Assembly (NCBI GenBank): GCA_965277285.1
Contig: OZ255721.1
Location: 2,848,001-2,912,000 of the forward strand
Direction of reading: 5' to 3'
Length of the DNA stretch: 64,000 nt
DNA from: Abditibacteriaceae bacterium
GTDB lineage: Bacteria > Armatimonadota > Abditibacteriia > Abditibacteriales > Abditibacteriaceae
Shown here: positions 11,086-21,666 of the stretch, one piece after another
How positions within the stretch are numbered: position 1 is the stretch's first letter
Layout of the letters: the number at the start of each line of letters is the position of its first letter
Position numbers and translations under genes: made by a program
The notes under the pieces: model-generated
Told to the model about the DNA's origin: nothing
Database searches by the model: none
What the model saw: only the letters and a program-made list of their open reading frames with translations

Positions 11086-13971
11086 TTACCGACTCGCTAA
11101 CAATTTGCGAGCCTGCGCTTGCCGATAAAGGTCGTTGAGTTGCGACGGCGTGACGGCGACGTATTCCGGCCCCAGAATCTTGAGCATCGACTGCAGATCG
11201 CTCAGGCTGGAACCCCAGTTCCAAATGAACGCGTTGAGGAAGGCGGGACGCGCAGTTCCTGCACGCATTCTGAGACGGTTCGCTTTTTCCAGCGGCCCTT
11301 GACCTTGACCTTCCAGAGCGGCGCGGAAAACTGGCTGTCCGCTGGGCAATGTATAAGTGAACTCGCTGTACTTTGTCGGGCCAGACCAGCCGTAATCGGG
11401 CATCAGGAACGGCACTTTGGGCAGCAAAGCGCCGACTTGCGGAATGTCTTCGGTGCGCACGTTCATCAGGCGAATCGTCTTCATGCCCATGCGCGCCATG
11501 CCGCGTTGCGTCCAATCATAAAACGAACTCATGGCCGCCGGACGATCTTTCAAAGCGGTGGCATAATCCGGCGGGTAGATGTAAGCGGCACCCGAAACGT
11601 CGCAGATGAATTCGTCTTTGGACGTTGAACGGTCGTAGTACCACTGCGCAATGGTCGGCGCGACATCGAGCAGGCCGGGCGCCATGCCCCAGCCGACGGG
11701 AATTTTTCCTTGCACCGGATCCTGAAAGTATTTGCGGAAGTAGCCGAACCACGTCGAAACGTTGTCGCCGTCCGACATCGTGAAAGCGATGTAAACCTTC
11801 GAGGGATCGAGTACTGGAGCCGGAGCCTGCACTTTCTGCTGGAGCGAGGCTTTGGGCACGCCGCTCAAAACCGAAAGGTTGCGCACATAATCGCTGACGA
11901 TGGTCACTTTGCCAAAGCGCGAACCAAGCGAAACGCCCGCCGATTCGTCCAAGCCATAACCGTCGCCGTGCCACCAGAAGCCGCGCACAACGGAGTTCAG
12001 CGGCTGGTTGGAGAAGATTTCTTTGATTTCCGCCAGTTCCGCGTTCGTGTTGGCGCCTGGCAAATTTTGTTGCTTGGGGCCTGTAATCCAGAAAGCCAAG
12101 CCTTTAGCCGCGATAATCTGATCCAGCGAACCGTTGCCCAGCATCGGCGGGTCAAGACAAATTGAAAGATACGGATTCAATCGCGGCATCAGCGTGATAC
12201 GCGCATAATGCAGCGCTGCGGCGTCGTCCTTGAATTGTCCACGCAAATCGTTTTTGATCGGCAAGTTCAACTGCGTTGCCAACTCGGGTGTGGCGACGAC
12301 CAAATTATCCAATCCGGCGATGGTGGCCGCGATGTTGGGGCTGATGTAAACCTTCGGGTCGGGCACCACGGCGCCATTGAACGAAGAGCGGAAAGTGGTC
12401 AACAGCGACAAGGGATCAGCGACTTCAATTGGATCGTCGGTGCTGCCCTGAGCTTGCATTTGTTGCAGCCAGAAACGGTCGGTGTCGCCGGAAATGAGGT
12501 AGATGCGCGGCTGCGTACGGTTGACGATGCCTTGCAACGAAGTCAGCAGCAATTGCTGATCGGTCGTCATGGCGCGGATGTCGGCGACATACAAGTGACG
12601 CGCGGGCGGCGGCATTTTGGGCTGCAATGTCGGATATGTGCGCGCCACAACCGGCAACGTGATGTTCTCGTAAATCTTCGGTTTGGGTTGCTGGAGCAAT
12701 GCGGCAAACGCGGTCGCTTTGTGCGAAGCCGGAAACGTGCCTTTTTCAACCAGGGCGGCGATGGTGGCGCGCGCCAGCAGTTGCTCGGTGTCGTAGGCGT
12801 TGAGATCGCCGGTCGCCGGATGGTTTGTCCAGGCATCGACGGCGCCTTTGAACGGGCCGCTGCGATGAATCAAGAGCGCCGCTGATGGCCTGGTGCCTTC
12901 GAGCAAAATCGGCTTCACTTCGATGCCTGCGGGCAAGGCGGCCACGTCTATCACTTGCAAATCACGATCTTGCGGCCAGGTGGGTCTCAGCGCTTTGAGA
13001 CCCAGCAAATCGCCGGGCGCGATGCTGACATCCGCCGTCGGCTGGTCGGCAAAGTTTCCTACGCCGATGCCTTGCGGTCCGAACAAAGCTGCGCCTTCCA
13101 CGTTGCCAACGTCGCTCCAATCGTTGCTTTGCTTCTCGAAACCGCCGTTGACAAGCGCAACAGGTTGGCCTGCGACGTTCGCCGCGATGTCATCTAAACG
13201 CACGACGCGCTTGGGGCTGCGAATCTGCGGCGAAATGTCGAATTCAACCGCATCGGTGGGCGCGACAGCATCAGTTGTGACCTGCTGCCATTGGCTGCCG
13301 GTGGGAACGAGCGTGCCGACCTGCGAGATGAAGGAGCCGCCCAGACCATAAAAGCGCACATACAGCCAATCGTTGCCCGCATCCGTTCCGCTGATGCTTT
13401 GCGTCCAGGCGGTTGCGCGAACGCTTTGGCCGGCTTGCACAGGATGGCGCTCGGAAGAAACGCCGACCCAATCGTTGGCCGAACCGTTCAGTTGCAGAGC
13501 CGATTGGCCGGAGTGCGCTTGCGGAACCAGTCGCGTATCGGTGCTCCAGTTCGGGTTTGGCGTCCATTTTTCGGCGCCCATGCGCGCCACGGGATGCGTG
13601 AAAGGCACAGCCGACAAAATCAGCGAGCCGCCGCCGCGATGAAAAGTCCGCAAATTGTCGAAGGCATCGAGCGGATACGTGTTGCCATAAGGCAGAACCA
13701 CAGCCGCATAAGAGCGAGCGTTGAAGCGCGCCGGATCGGACAGTGCTGCGGTGTCGAGCAAATCGGCTTGCACGCCCGTTGCACGCAAATCCGCCGCGAT
13801 GTCTTTGGGCGAAACCTGCGGCGAAACGATGTAAAAGGGAAATCCCAATTGCGAGAAAACCGCGACGCGCGGTGTGTTCTCAACGGCATTGGCTTGCGTA
13901 TGACAAGCGGCAAGTCCAAGCGGAGCGGCCAACAAGGGCAGCCATGTCTTGCGAATAAAAGAACGTTTGAT
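11086..13971 (-). CDS. Secreted GxGYxYP-family putative glycoside hydrolase with a carbohydrate-binding-like module
   Basis: SLQGIVNRTQPRIYL, SDGDN, IPVGWG and SGAAYIYP, plus a CBM-like segment (AHSGQSALQL...NGGFE). Start proposed at ATC 13971 after AAGGAG; the ORF track starts at TTG 13935. Confidence 0.75.
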   Translation of the reverse strand: MKRSFIRKTWLPLLAAPLGLAACHTQANAVENTPRVAVFSQLGFPFYIVSPQVSPKDIAADLRATGVQADLLDTAALSDPARFNARSYAAVVLPYGNTYPLDAFDNLRTFHRGGGSLILSAVPFTHPVARMGAEKWTPNPNWSTDTRLVPQAHSGQSALQLNGSANDWVGVSSERHPVQAGQSVRATAWTQSISGTDAGNDWLYVRFYGLGGSFISQVGTLVPTGSQWQQVTTDAVAPTDAVEFDISPQIRSPKRVVRLDDIAANVAGQPVALVNGGFEKQSNDWSDVGNVEGAALFGPQGIGVGNFADQPTADVSIAPGDLLGLKALRPTWPQDRDLQVIDVAALPAGIEVKPILLEGTRPSAALLIHRSGPFKGAVDAWTNHPATGDLNAYDTEQLLARATIAALVEKGTFPASHKATAFAALLQQPKPKIYENITLPVVARTYPTLQPKMPPPARHLYVADIRAMTTDQQLLLTSLQGIVNRTQPRIYLISGDTDRFWLQQMQAQGSTDDPIEVADPLSLLTTFRSSFNGAVVPDPKVYISPNIAATIAGLDNLVVATPELATQLNLPIKNDLRGQFKDDAAALHYARITLMPRLNPYLSICLDPPMLGNGSLDQIIAAKGLAFWITGPKQQNLPGANTNAELAEIKEIFSNQPLNSVVRGFWWHGDGYGLDESAGVSLGSRFGKVTIVSDYVRNLSVLSGVPKASLQQKVQAPAPVLDPSKVYIAFTMSDGDNVSTWFGYFRKYFQDPVQGKIPVGWGMAPGLLDVAPTIAQWYYDRSTSKDEFICDVSGAAYIYPPDYATALKDRPAAMSSFYDWTQRGMARMGMKTIRLMNVRTEDIPQVGALLPKVPFLMPDYGWSGPTKYSEFTYTLPSGQPVFRAALEGQGQGPLEKANRLRMRAGTARPAFLNAFIWNWGSSLSDLQSMLKILGPEYVAVTPSQLNDLYRQAQARKLLASR

Positions 13972-14544
13972 GGTGAAACTCCTTATCGCGCAAGGCGATA
14001 TTTGCAGTCTGAGTCCGCCAATCGAGTACTCGATTGAACGTTACTGTGGCGGCGCAACGCGCACGTCATCTATGGAAACAATATTTGTGGGTACGTCAGT
14101 TATCAAACCGTAATCCGAGTTATTTTGCAAGTGGGGATTTGACACATATTTTACGACATGTTCAAAAGAATCGGAATGTTGAAGTTATAGGCCAGTAAGA
14201 AGGGTTTGCGCAAAAGGGGTTTGTGGCAGTCGGTTCGACAACATCAACAGCGAAAGTAACGAATCAACTTCTGGTAGCACTCGCACCACCGCTTACTTAA
14301 TAAGCGCAAACTGAGGAAAAACCGAGTGCTCAGAGCGCTGCGAAATAATTTGCCAGCTTGGAAACGTCGTTTTGGAGCGTATTGATGCGTTATCAATCGG
14401 CACAAGAAAAGGAGGATTTGGAGGCGTTCTACCGACTATCGAGTACTCGATGACCAAAAGCCGCGCTTCATTGCTCGAAGCGCGGCTTTGGATTTGTGTA
14501 ATTCCCTTACACCTTGAGGACGGTTCTTTCACGGCGTAGCGAGC

Positions 14545-14580
14545 AAAAAGCCGCTCACACGAATGCGCGAGCGGCTTTTT
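14545..14580 (-). terminator. Intrinsic terminator
   Basis: AAAAAGCCGCTC...GAGCGGCTTTTT just downstream of the beta-helix gene. Confidence 0.75.
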
Positions 14581-14596
14581 ACGTCGGAGCAGTGTC

Positions 14597-16153
14597 TTAA
14601 TTTGTCGATGCGAGCGCCACTGGATTGGCCTTTTTCGCTTTGTTATTGCGGTAAATGTTGGCGGTTCCCGCGGTGTTATTGCCCGTCGAAATATCTTCGA
14701 TGTCGAAGCGACTACTGCTTTGTACCAGGTTGCGACCAAAGATATTTCCGCTGGCGGACGCAGTCGCAAAAATGCCGTCGCTCAGGCTGTTGCGGATCGT
14801 GTTGTTTTTGATCTGGTTGTCTTGCGAATAATCGACGACGACACCATTGGCGTTGCCTGAAATCAAGTTGTTTTCCAGATGATTGCCGATAGAGGCGGAA
14901 ACCAAGAAACCGACGCTGCCGTTATTGGCGATCTTGTTATTGCTGAACAAATTGAAGGCGTTGACATAGGCGCTGACCTGCGACAAAACAATGCCATTTC
15001 CCTGGTTGCCGCTGATCGTATTGTGATCAATGATCGCGTCCAGCAAGCTGTTGCTCATGAACATGCCGTCGCCTGCAACGCCGGTGATGCTGTTTTGCGA
15101 GATCGTCGTCCGAGTCGCCACTGCAGGCGTTGTCTGAGCTTGAGTTTGGCTTTGTTGAACAATTTCCGAGTCCAGGCCGATGCCGACATCGCTGCCGCCG
15201 CGAATGGTGTTTTTTTGCAACGTGACATCGTCGGCATTTTGCAAAACGATGCCCGCGCCACTGGAGTTTGAACCGAGCGTGTCATCAAAGCGGTTCGATG
15301 AAATGTTGATGTTGGAAATGTGACTGCCGCCGGTCGGCAAGGTTTCACCTGCGGGCACTGTCCCTACTAATCCCAGCGCGATGCCGGTCGTCTGATTGCC
15401 TGCGAAAGTATTGGACGAAATCGAAACATTACTCAGGTCGGAGGTTCCCGCGATGCCTTGCCCCAGTGTTGTCGTGACGGCGGGCGTAGGGAGCGTGTCG
15501 TCAACTCCCGTGAAATCTTGATTGTTCAGAAAGGCGTTTCCCTGAAGAAGACCGCTGGTCTGAGTGGTGAGCGAAACGCCAGTGTTCGCTTGCTCGATGC
15601 GCGTATTGAGCAGGGTGAAGCCTGCTGCCGCGGTGTCCACGCCAATTCCCACGCGACGTTGGCTGGTGCCCTCGCCTTGAATTGTGAAACCGTCCATCGT
15701 GATATTGGCGGAGCGCACGGTGACAATTGCGTAAGGCAACGGGTCTAAGGCCAGGAGGTTTTGTCCTAAGACAATGATGGTTTCCTGCGAAGGCGAGAAG
15801 TTTTTCAAGCGATTGCCCTGCGACGCGGAACGACCGGCCTGTGCTCCCTCAAGGCGAACATTCTTGTTGATGACCACGGCTTCGTGATAAATACCGGGAG
15901 CGACGCGGATCACGTCGCCCGGGTTCGCCGCATAAATCGCGTTGTTGATGTGCGAATAAGGCGCATTGCGATACTGCTTGCGGTCGTCGTCCACCAGAAT
16001 TATTTTCGCACCCGGCGCCAAATGTTCCTGAGTCGTATAGTCCTGCGTTGTGGTGTCTTGTAATGCGACCGTCTGCGCGTGCGTGGCACGAACATTTGCA
16101 GCTAATAACGAGGCCACGATGCAACTCAAGGCCGTCAGGTTTGTCTTGCGCAT
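14597..16153 (-). CDS. Secreted right-handed parallel beta-helix (pectin-lyase-like) protein
   Basis: Signal peptide, PGDVIRVAPGIYHE, many I-x-x-N-x-I/F repeats and SD AAAGGA. Confidence 0.82.
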   Translation of the reverse strand: MRKTNLTALSCIVASLLAANVRATHAQTVALQDTTTQDYTTQEHLAPGAKIILVDDDRKQYRNAPYSHINNAIYAANPGDVIRVAPGIYHEAVVINKNVRLEGAQAGRSASQGNRLKNFSPSQETIIVLGQNLLALDPLPYAIVTVRSANITMDGFTIQGEGTSQRRVGIGVDTAAAGFTLLNTRIEQANTGVSLTTQTSGLLQGNAFLNNQDFTGVDDTLPTPAVTTTLGQGIAGTSDLSNVSISSNTFAGNQTTGIALGLVGTVPAGETLPTGGSHISNINISSNRFDDTLGSNSSGAGIVLQNADDVTLQKNTIRGGSDVGIGLDSEIVQQSQTQAQTTPAVATRTTISQNSITGVAGDGMFMSNSLLDAIIDHNTISGNQGNGIVLSQVSAYVNAFNLFSNNKIANNGSVGFLVSASIGNHLENNLISGNANGVVVDYSQDNQIKNNTIRNSLSDGIFATASASGNIFGRNLVQSSSRFDIEDISTGNNTAGTANIYRNNKAKKANPVALASTN

Positions 16154-16255
16154 GAAAATTGGTTCCTTTGAAATGTTTACTTGCTGCAACTTCTCTGCTG
16201 CAACGGTTATACCATAACTCCGATTATTAATACCAAACTCGAGTACTCGATTGCG

Positions 16256-17002
16256 TTACTGCGTCAAAGAAACGCGGGCGTCGTTGCCACGCGCAAAGCT
16301 GTCGTTGTTCTTCAAGGTCATCACGAAATCTTTGAGAACGGTGTCTTGTGGCACGCTGAAGATAATCGGAAACGTCATGCTGGCGCCGGGCAGCATCGGC
16401 TGCGTGACGTTAGGCGCGCCTTCGTAATCGTAATCAATCGGCGCATGCGATTGTCCGTCGGCGTCGGCCAGAGCGGTGCGCATTGTCTTGTCGCTGATCG
16501 AAGTCCACAGCGTTTGCGTGGTCTTTTGCCCGTTCGTGACGTGCACCTTGAGCACGACCAATTTGTAGCCGTTGCGCGGGCGGATGAATCGTATGCTGCC
16601 GTTGTAAGTCGCGCTGTTGTCGTAGCCATAAGGCTGCGCGTCGGTGCGCATCTGGAACGAATCGGGCGTCGCAACGCTCAAGACTTGTAAACGCCATTTG
16701 CCGTCGAACAACACATCGCCGACTTTGCCGCTCAAGTCCTGCACTTGATAGGTGCCGCCCGCTTTTTTGATTTCGTAACCATTGCCGTTGCGCACGACAA
16801 CCATGCCCAGAGCGCGCGCGACATCAGCGACCGGAACATAAGTTTTGCCGTTGATAACGCGCACATCGCTGGACGCGACACGTCCGTTCATCATCAATTG
16901 GGCGTTGCTGCTGGCCGCTATTGCGACAGCACCGCCGATCAACGCCAAACCGAGCGCGCTGCCTTTGAACATCTTCAACTTCTTTTTCTGAGTCGTCATC
17001 AT
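16256..17002 (-). CDS. Exported protein with copper-amine-oxidase N-terminal-like motif and DUF4352-like Ig domain
   Basis: Signal peptide, INGKTYVPVADVARALG, MLPGASMTFPIIFSVPQD and SD GGAG. Confidence 0.65.
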   Translation of the reverse strand: MMTTQKKKLKMFKGSALGLALIGGAVAIAASSNAQLMMNGRVASSDVRVINGKTYVPVADVARALGMVVVRNGNGYEIKKAGGTYQVQDLSGKVGDVLFDGKWRLQVLSVATPDSFQMRTDAQPYGYDNSATYNGSIRFIRPRNGYKLVVLKVHVTNGQKTTQTLWTSISDKTMRTALADADGQSHAPIDYDYEGAPNVTQPMLPGASMTFPIIFSVPQDTVLKDFVMTLKNNDSFARGNDARVSLTQ

Positions 17003-17231
17003 TGTTCTCCTTTTGTGGACGCCGTTAAAAACCGCAACCCGACAAGCGCCGCTGGAACCACGTCCTGTGTAACACATAATCTCCATGGTCTGCGGTGACA
17101 TGATTTCATCACTGTTCATCAATCGAGTACTCGATGTGCTTTTTTGCTCAAGACCATTCGTCGCCATAATAAATTGAGAACAAAGCTATGGTAGAATTAC
17201 AGCAATTTTCAAGATGTTAAGACGAGGAATT

Positions 17232-18410
17232 ATGAGGCTTTTGTATGGTTTGATGGGTGTCGTAGCGAAGATGAGCGGGAAAATGTCGCGCTTTCGCATG
17301 AACGCGATTCCCAGCAATTGGGCGGTTATCGGATTGTGCGCGATTTTCGCTTTTGTCGCTGCCGATGCGCGCAACGATGCCGTCAACAACGGCAAAACGC
17401 CGCAGGCGATAACGGCAGGACAGTTTTCCAACCTGCCTGCAACGCCTTCGCAGCATCGTTATGTCGCGGTGCATGGGACGATTGTGCCCGAAGCGAGCCT
17501 GACGCTCGAGGAAGATCATTCGCGCTCCGACTTGGTGCCGATGATTGACCGCGCCACTCGGCAAGGCTTTTATATTAAGGCGCGCGAAGGTCAGTTCAGC
17601 GGCAAGCCTCAGGACGTGACGGTGACCGGCATGACGCGCAGCGTCAGCAGCGATATTCGCAACGATTTGCTCAATAAATCCGCCAATCCCGATATATCTT
17701 TCAACACTGATACCGAACTCAATGAAGGCGAAACGCCGCCCGATCCGCTGCTGTCCACGCTGTTTATGGTTGCGTGCGGCCTGGTCGGAGGCGTTTTTCT
17801 TTTGTCCTCGCTGCTGCAACACACGGTTTTTCAACGCACGCGCGCTTCCTCGCCCGTTTTGTCATCGTCCGTTTTGTCCAACGCGAATATGGCGTCCTCT
17901 TTTTCGTCTTCGCCCGTTTCGTCCGCCGCCGCTGCATCTATATCGAGTACTGGAAATGCGCCGATTTCAGGTTCGCAATGGACGCCACAGAACGCCGCGA
18001 ACGCGACGGCCAACGATATACGGATGACGGGACATTTGCGTTTGAGTGAGAAAATCGCGCGCCGTTTTCTGGATGTTCCAATTCAGCGGGTGCGCTTGGA
18101 AAACGATGCGCTGGCTTTCGCCTCGAATATCGACGCGTCATCGCGGATGTATGGCGTGGTTACGCAAAAGCGCGCTGGTTTGTGGCTGATGATGCCGAAC
18201 CCGCGCACTCTGACGTGGCAGGAAGGCAACTTGTATAACGGTTTTTCACCGCGCCCCGCTCTCAAATTGCGCTTCAACGATGTCTTGAATAAAGACCGCA
18301 AATCAACCGCGATTTTGTCTTTCGGCAGTGAAGCGGCGCGCACGCAAGCGATGCAGGATTTGCAAAAAGAAGTCGAACGAGCGCGCGGCGTTGGTGCTAT
18401 CTCGATTTAA
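17232..18410 (+). CDS. Hypothetical membrane protein
   Basis: Long ORF with two hydrophobic segments and a Ser-rich linker. SD GAGGA lies before ATG 17232. Confidence 0.7.
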   Translation: MRLLYGLMGVVAKMSGKMSRFRMNAIPSNWAVIGLCAIFAFVAADARNDAVNNGKTPQAITAGQFSNLPATPSQHRYVAVHGTIVPEASLTLEEDHSRSDLVPMIDRATRQGFYIKAREGQFSGKPQDVTVTGMTRSVSSDIRNDLLNKSANPDISFNTDTELNEGETPPDPLLSTLFMVACGLVGGVFLLSSLLQHTVFQRTRASSPVLSSSVLSNANMASSFSSSPVSSAAAASISSTGNAPISGSQWTPQNAANATANDIRMTGHLRLSEKIARRFLDVPIQRVRLENDALAFASNIDASSRMYGVVTQKRAGLWLMMPNPRTLTWQEGNLYNGFSPRPALKLRFNDVLNKDRKSTAILSFGSEAARTQAMQDLQKEVERARGVGAISI

Positions 18411-18492
18411 GAAGCGACTCAAATGGTTCGTTAATCTGGCTCTGACCCAGAGTTCGAGTACTCGAATCATAACTTTTCGCACAGAACCTCTT

Positions 18493-19545
18493 ATGAAAAC
18501 TCCCGATGAGCAGCCGCAGCCTTTTTCTTCATCGTCCGCCATTGAAGGTACGCAGCCAAAAGACGCTTCGCCAATTCCATCAACAGCGCGCGACATTTTC
18601 GCCGTCAACGCGCGGGAAAATCAGCCGCCCAAGCGCGGTGCCAAAAATGCGCGCGCGGCCAAAGCCGTCAACAACTCGATTTATAAACCCAGCGGGCGCA
18701 TTGCGTCGTATGGCGTGCCGGTTCTGGCGTTGTGGATTTTTCCAGCCAGCGTAGTTGTCGGTTACGCGTACTGGTTTTTCACGCAGTACTGGAATCCGGT
18801 TTTGTTCGCGCAGGTTTTTTTAGGTTTCGCATTGGGCGCGGCGATGTATCCTGGCATTCGCCTGGCGAAATGTCGCAACCCGAAAATCGCCATTGGCGCA
18901 ACTGTTTGTCTGACACTCTTGACGTTTCTGGTGTGGCGCGGTCTGGAAGCGCGAGCGATGCGCGCCGAATATGTGAATTATGCGACCAAGATGGGCGTTC
19001 AATCTGGCGTGCCAGAAACTCAGGCGCGCGCTCGTGTCGAATCGTTTTTGACGCCCAGCCGCACCGCTCGCGCTTACTTGCGCGAAGTCACGCGCTATGG
19101 CGTCACCTTGCGCGACGACGAGGGTTCGCATTTGAGCAGCAGCCAGAGCGGAACGAGCGTCATCGGCGTTTGGTATTGGCTGCTCTCGGCTTTTGAAATG
19201 TTGGTGGCGGCGATTTGTGCGGCGGTTTTTGCGCAAAGCGCGGCGTCCGCGCGTTTCAGCGAACAATGCGATCAATGGTATCGCAAAAAGAAACTCGCCT
19301 CCGTAGCGCCTTCGCGCGTTGTCGAACTGATAGATTTGATGAAAGCCAACTGCTGGCGCGAAGCCGGACAATTGATGCAAAAAGCCCGCAGCGAAAGCAG
19401 TTTTCAAATCGTGATTTACGATTGCGCGCCCGCCAGCGACGGCTTTGTCGCTCTCATGCAGCAAACCGCCAACAACCAGACAAGTTGCCTTTTTGAGGCT
19501 GCCGCGTCGCAGGACAACATTGCGCTGCTGCGCAACCCGCTTTAG
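18493..19545 (+). CDS. Hypothetical multi-pass membrane protein
   Basis: About four hydrophobic helices. Co-oriented with the upstream gene. Confidence 0.7.
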   Translation: MKTPDEQPQPFSSSSAIEGTQPKDASPIPSTARDIFAVNARENQPPKRGAKNARAAKAVNNSIYKPSGRIASYGVPVLALWIFPASVVVGYAYWFFTQYWNPVLFAQVFLGFALGAAMYPGIRLAKCRNPKIAIGATVCLTLLTFLVWRGLEARAMRAEYVNYATKMGVQSGVPETQARARVESFLTPSRTARAYLREVTRYGVTLRDDEGSHLSSSQSGTSVIGVWYWLLSAFEMLVAAICAAVFAQSAASARFSEQCDQWYRKKKLASVAPSRVVELIDLMKANCWREAGQLMQKARSESSFQIVIYDCAPASDGFVALMQQTANNQTSCLFEAAASQDNIALLRNPL

Positions 19546-19743
19546 AAGCGAAATCGAAGGAAGGAACGCAGCGTGGCTTGACATCCGCCCAAAGGCACAC
19601 GAAACGGTTGGCTCGAGTTAGAAACGAACTATCGAGTACTCGATAAAGCGCCACAATGAGGTTTGGAAACCGCTTGTGGGCAACCTCACTTGAAGTTATA
19701 GAGAGCGACTCAGATGGTATGATAAAGCGAACTATCAACGCAA

Positions 19744-19820
19744 GAACCCTGAGCGTTAGCGACGGGTGAAATGCAAGAGTTTTCATCCGTTGCATTTCAC
19801 CCGTTGCTGGCGCTCGTGTT
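19744..19820. repeat. REP-like inverted repeat, family B
   Basis: GAACCCTGAGCGTTAGCGACGGGTGAAATGCAA...TTGCATTTCACCCGTTGCTGGCGCTC. Confidence 0.75.
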
Positions 19821-19853
19821 TTCCATCGAACTCGATTGAGCCATCACCAAATT

Positions 19854-21401
19854 ATGAACTTAAACAATCTCAAACTATCGCGCCGCGCTTTGTTGCAATT
19901 GGCGGCGGGCGCATCAGCTGTGACGCTGGCGAATCACCTTTCGGCGGCGTGGGGGCAAACTCCTCAAAGCCACACCTCGGCCAAGTTCCAAAACCCGCTT
20001 TTCGCTGGCGATTACGCCGATCCCTCGATTCTGCGCGTCGGCGGCGATTTCTACATGACGCACACTTCCTATCGCTACGCGCCGAGTTTGCTGGTCTGGC
20101 ACTCGCGCGATTTGGTCAACTGGACACATATTTCGAGTGCGTTCCCTCATCCTTACGGCGAAGGCGAAATCTGGGCGCCCGATCTCGTCGAACACCAGGG
20201 GCGCTATTTTATCTACTATCCCCAAAATGGGCGCCTGTTTGTGGTTCATACTCTCAATCCGCGCGGAACGTGGAGCGCGCCAGTTGATTTGAAAGTGGGC
20301 GACATTGATCCCGGGCACGTCGTCGGGCCGGACGGAACGCGCTATCTTTATTCTGCCGGTGGCCATGTCATCCAACTGAGTGCTGATGGTTTGTCCACTG
20401 TGGGCGAGCGAAAGCAGGTTTACGAAGGCTGGCAGTTCCCCAGTGAATGGAAAACGGAGGGCTTTTGGCTGGAAAGCCCCAAGCTGACACGGCGCGGCGA
20501 ATACTATTATCTCATCTGCGCTGAAGGCGGCACAGCCGGGCCGCCAACCAGTCACATGGCGGTAGTGGCGCGCTCGAAATCGCCGCTCGGCCCTTGGAAA
20601 AATTCGCCTAATAACCCGCTCATCCATACCTACAGCGCGGACGAGACCTGGTGGTCGGTCGGGCACGGCACGCTGGTTTCAACGCCTGACGACCGTTGGT
20701 ACTTCGTTTATCACGGCTACCGAAACGGGTTGCAGACGTTGGGTCGCCATACGCTGATGGAGCCAGTTGAGTGGACGAAGGACGGTTGGCCGCACGCGCC
20801 GTTGGGCGCACAACGCGACCAACCAATGCCTGCGCCGATGGGCATCGCGCAACGCCCGATGCTGCCGTTGACGGATAATTTTCGCTCGAGGAGTCTCAAG
20901 GCGACTTGGGGCGCGTGGAACGAAACCGATATGAGCCGCTTTCAGGTGGGAAAAGGTGCGCTAACGATACGCGCCAAAGGCGATTCGCCCGGCCAGAGTT
21001 CGCCGCTCACGGTGATGGCGCGCAATGTCAGTTATCAAGTGCAAGTTGTGGCGACGCCGCAAAACGATTGTGCTGCTGCGCTGGGCTTGTTTTACAATCC
21101 CGACAACTGGGTTTTTGCCGAACTCAAAGGCGGCCAACTGCGCGTTCTCGGAGCCAAACAAACGCTGGCGAATCGCGCGTGGAAAGTGAGCACAGTGCAT
21201 TTAAAAATCGTAAACCTCCACAACAGCGTCGAGTTTTTGGCCAGCGAAAACGGGCACGGTTGGCAAAGTCTGCTCGCCAATTTTGATGCGTCGGGCTTCA
21301 ACAATAATGTCTTACACGGATTCCAAGCCCTGCGCCCGGCCTTGGCAGCGAGCGGCGCCGGTGAAGCACGCTTCACCGATTTTCGTTACGGTATTTTGTA
21401 A
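19854..21401 (+). CDS. GH43 beta-xylosidase/alpha-arabinofuranosidase with Tat signal
   Basis: SRRALL twin-arginine motif, YADPSI, IWAPD, IDP, LESP, EGGTAG and GHG, plus a C-terminal beta-sandwich. Confidence 0.9.
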   Translation: MNLNNLKLSRRALLQLAAGASAVTLANHLSAAWGQTPQSHTSAKFQNPLFAGDYADPSILRVGGDFYMTHTSYRYAPSLLVWHSRDLVNWTHISSAFPHPYGEGEIWAPDLVEHQGRYFIYYPQNGRLFVVHTLNPRGTWSAPVDLKVGDIDPGHVVGPDGTRYLYSAGGHVIQLSADGLSTVGERKQVYEGWQFPSEWKTEGFWLESPKLTRRGEYYYLICAEGGTAGPPTSHMAVVARSKSPLGPWKNSPNNPLIHTYSADETWWSVGHGTLVSTPDDRWYFVYHGYRNGLQTLGRHTLMEPVEWTKDGWPHAPLGAQRDQPMPAPMGIAQRPMLPLTDNFRSRSLKATWGAWNETDMSRFQVGKGALTIRAKGDSPGQSSPLTVMARNVSYQVQVVATPQNDCAAALGLFYNPDNWVFAELKGGQLRVLGAKQTLANRAWKVSTVHLKIVNLHNSVEFLASENGHGWQSLLANFDASGFNNNVLHGFQALRPALAASGAGEARFTDFRYGIL

Positions 21402-21609
21402 ATGGTCAGCCGCATGGGCATTGCCCGCGCCTGGCTGAACGCTATCAGTTTTTCGTGGTCGTAAACGGGACAAAAATTACCGCGAAGGACGCGAAATACG
21501 CAGAGAAATAAGGGGAAATCGAGTACTCGAAACCAGAGCTTTGTCATTCTGAGAGGTTGTATAAAGAGTCGTGAAAAGTAACAGAACAAGCTCGCAAACC
21601 ATCAGTTTG

Positions 21610-21666
21610 GTCATTCTGAGCGCAGCGAAGAATCTGGCTTTTCATATAGATTCTTCGCTGCGCTCA
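21610..21666. repeat. Family A REP (GTCATTCTGAGCGCAGCGAAGAATCT...AGATTCTTCGCTGCGCTCA) interrupted by an IS
   Basis: Identical to the copy at 58562-58625 up to TCA. It resumes as TCAGAATGA after the IS, at 22524. Confidence 0.9.

Noticed and set aside
14293..14769. 158-aa minus-strand ORF between the GxGYxYP and beta-helix genes
   Set aside because: It overlaps the beta-helix gene, crosses two terminator hairpins and has no motif.
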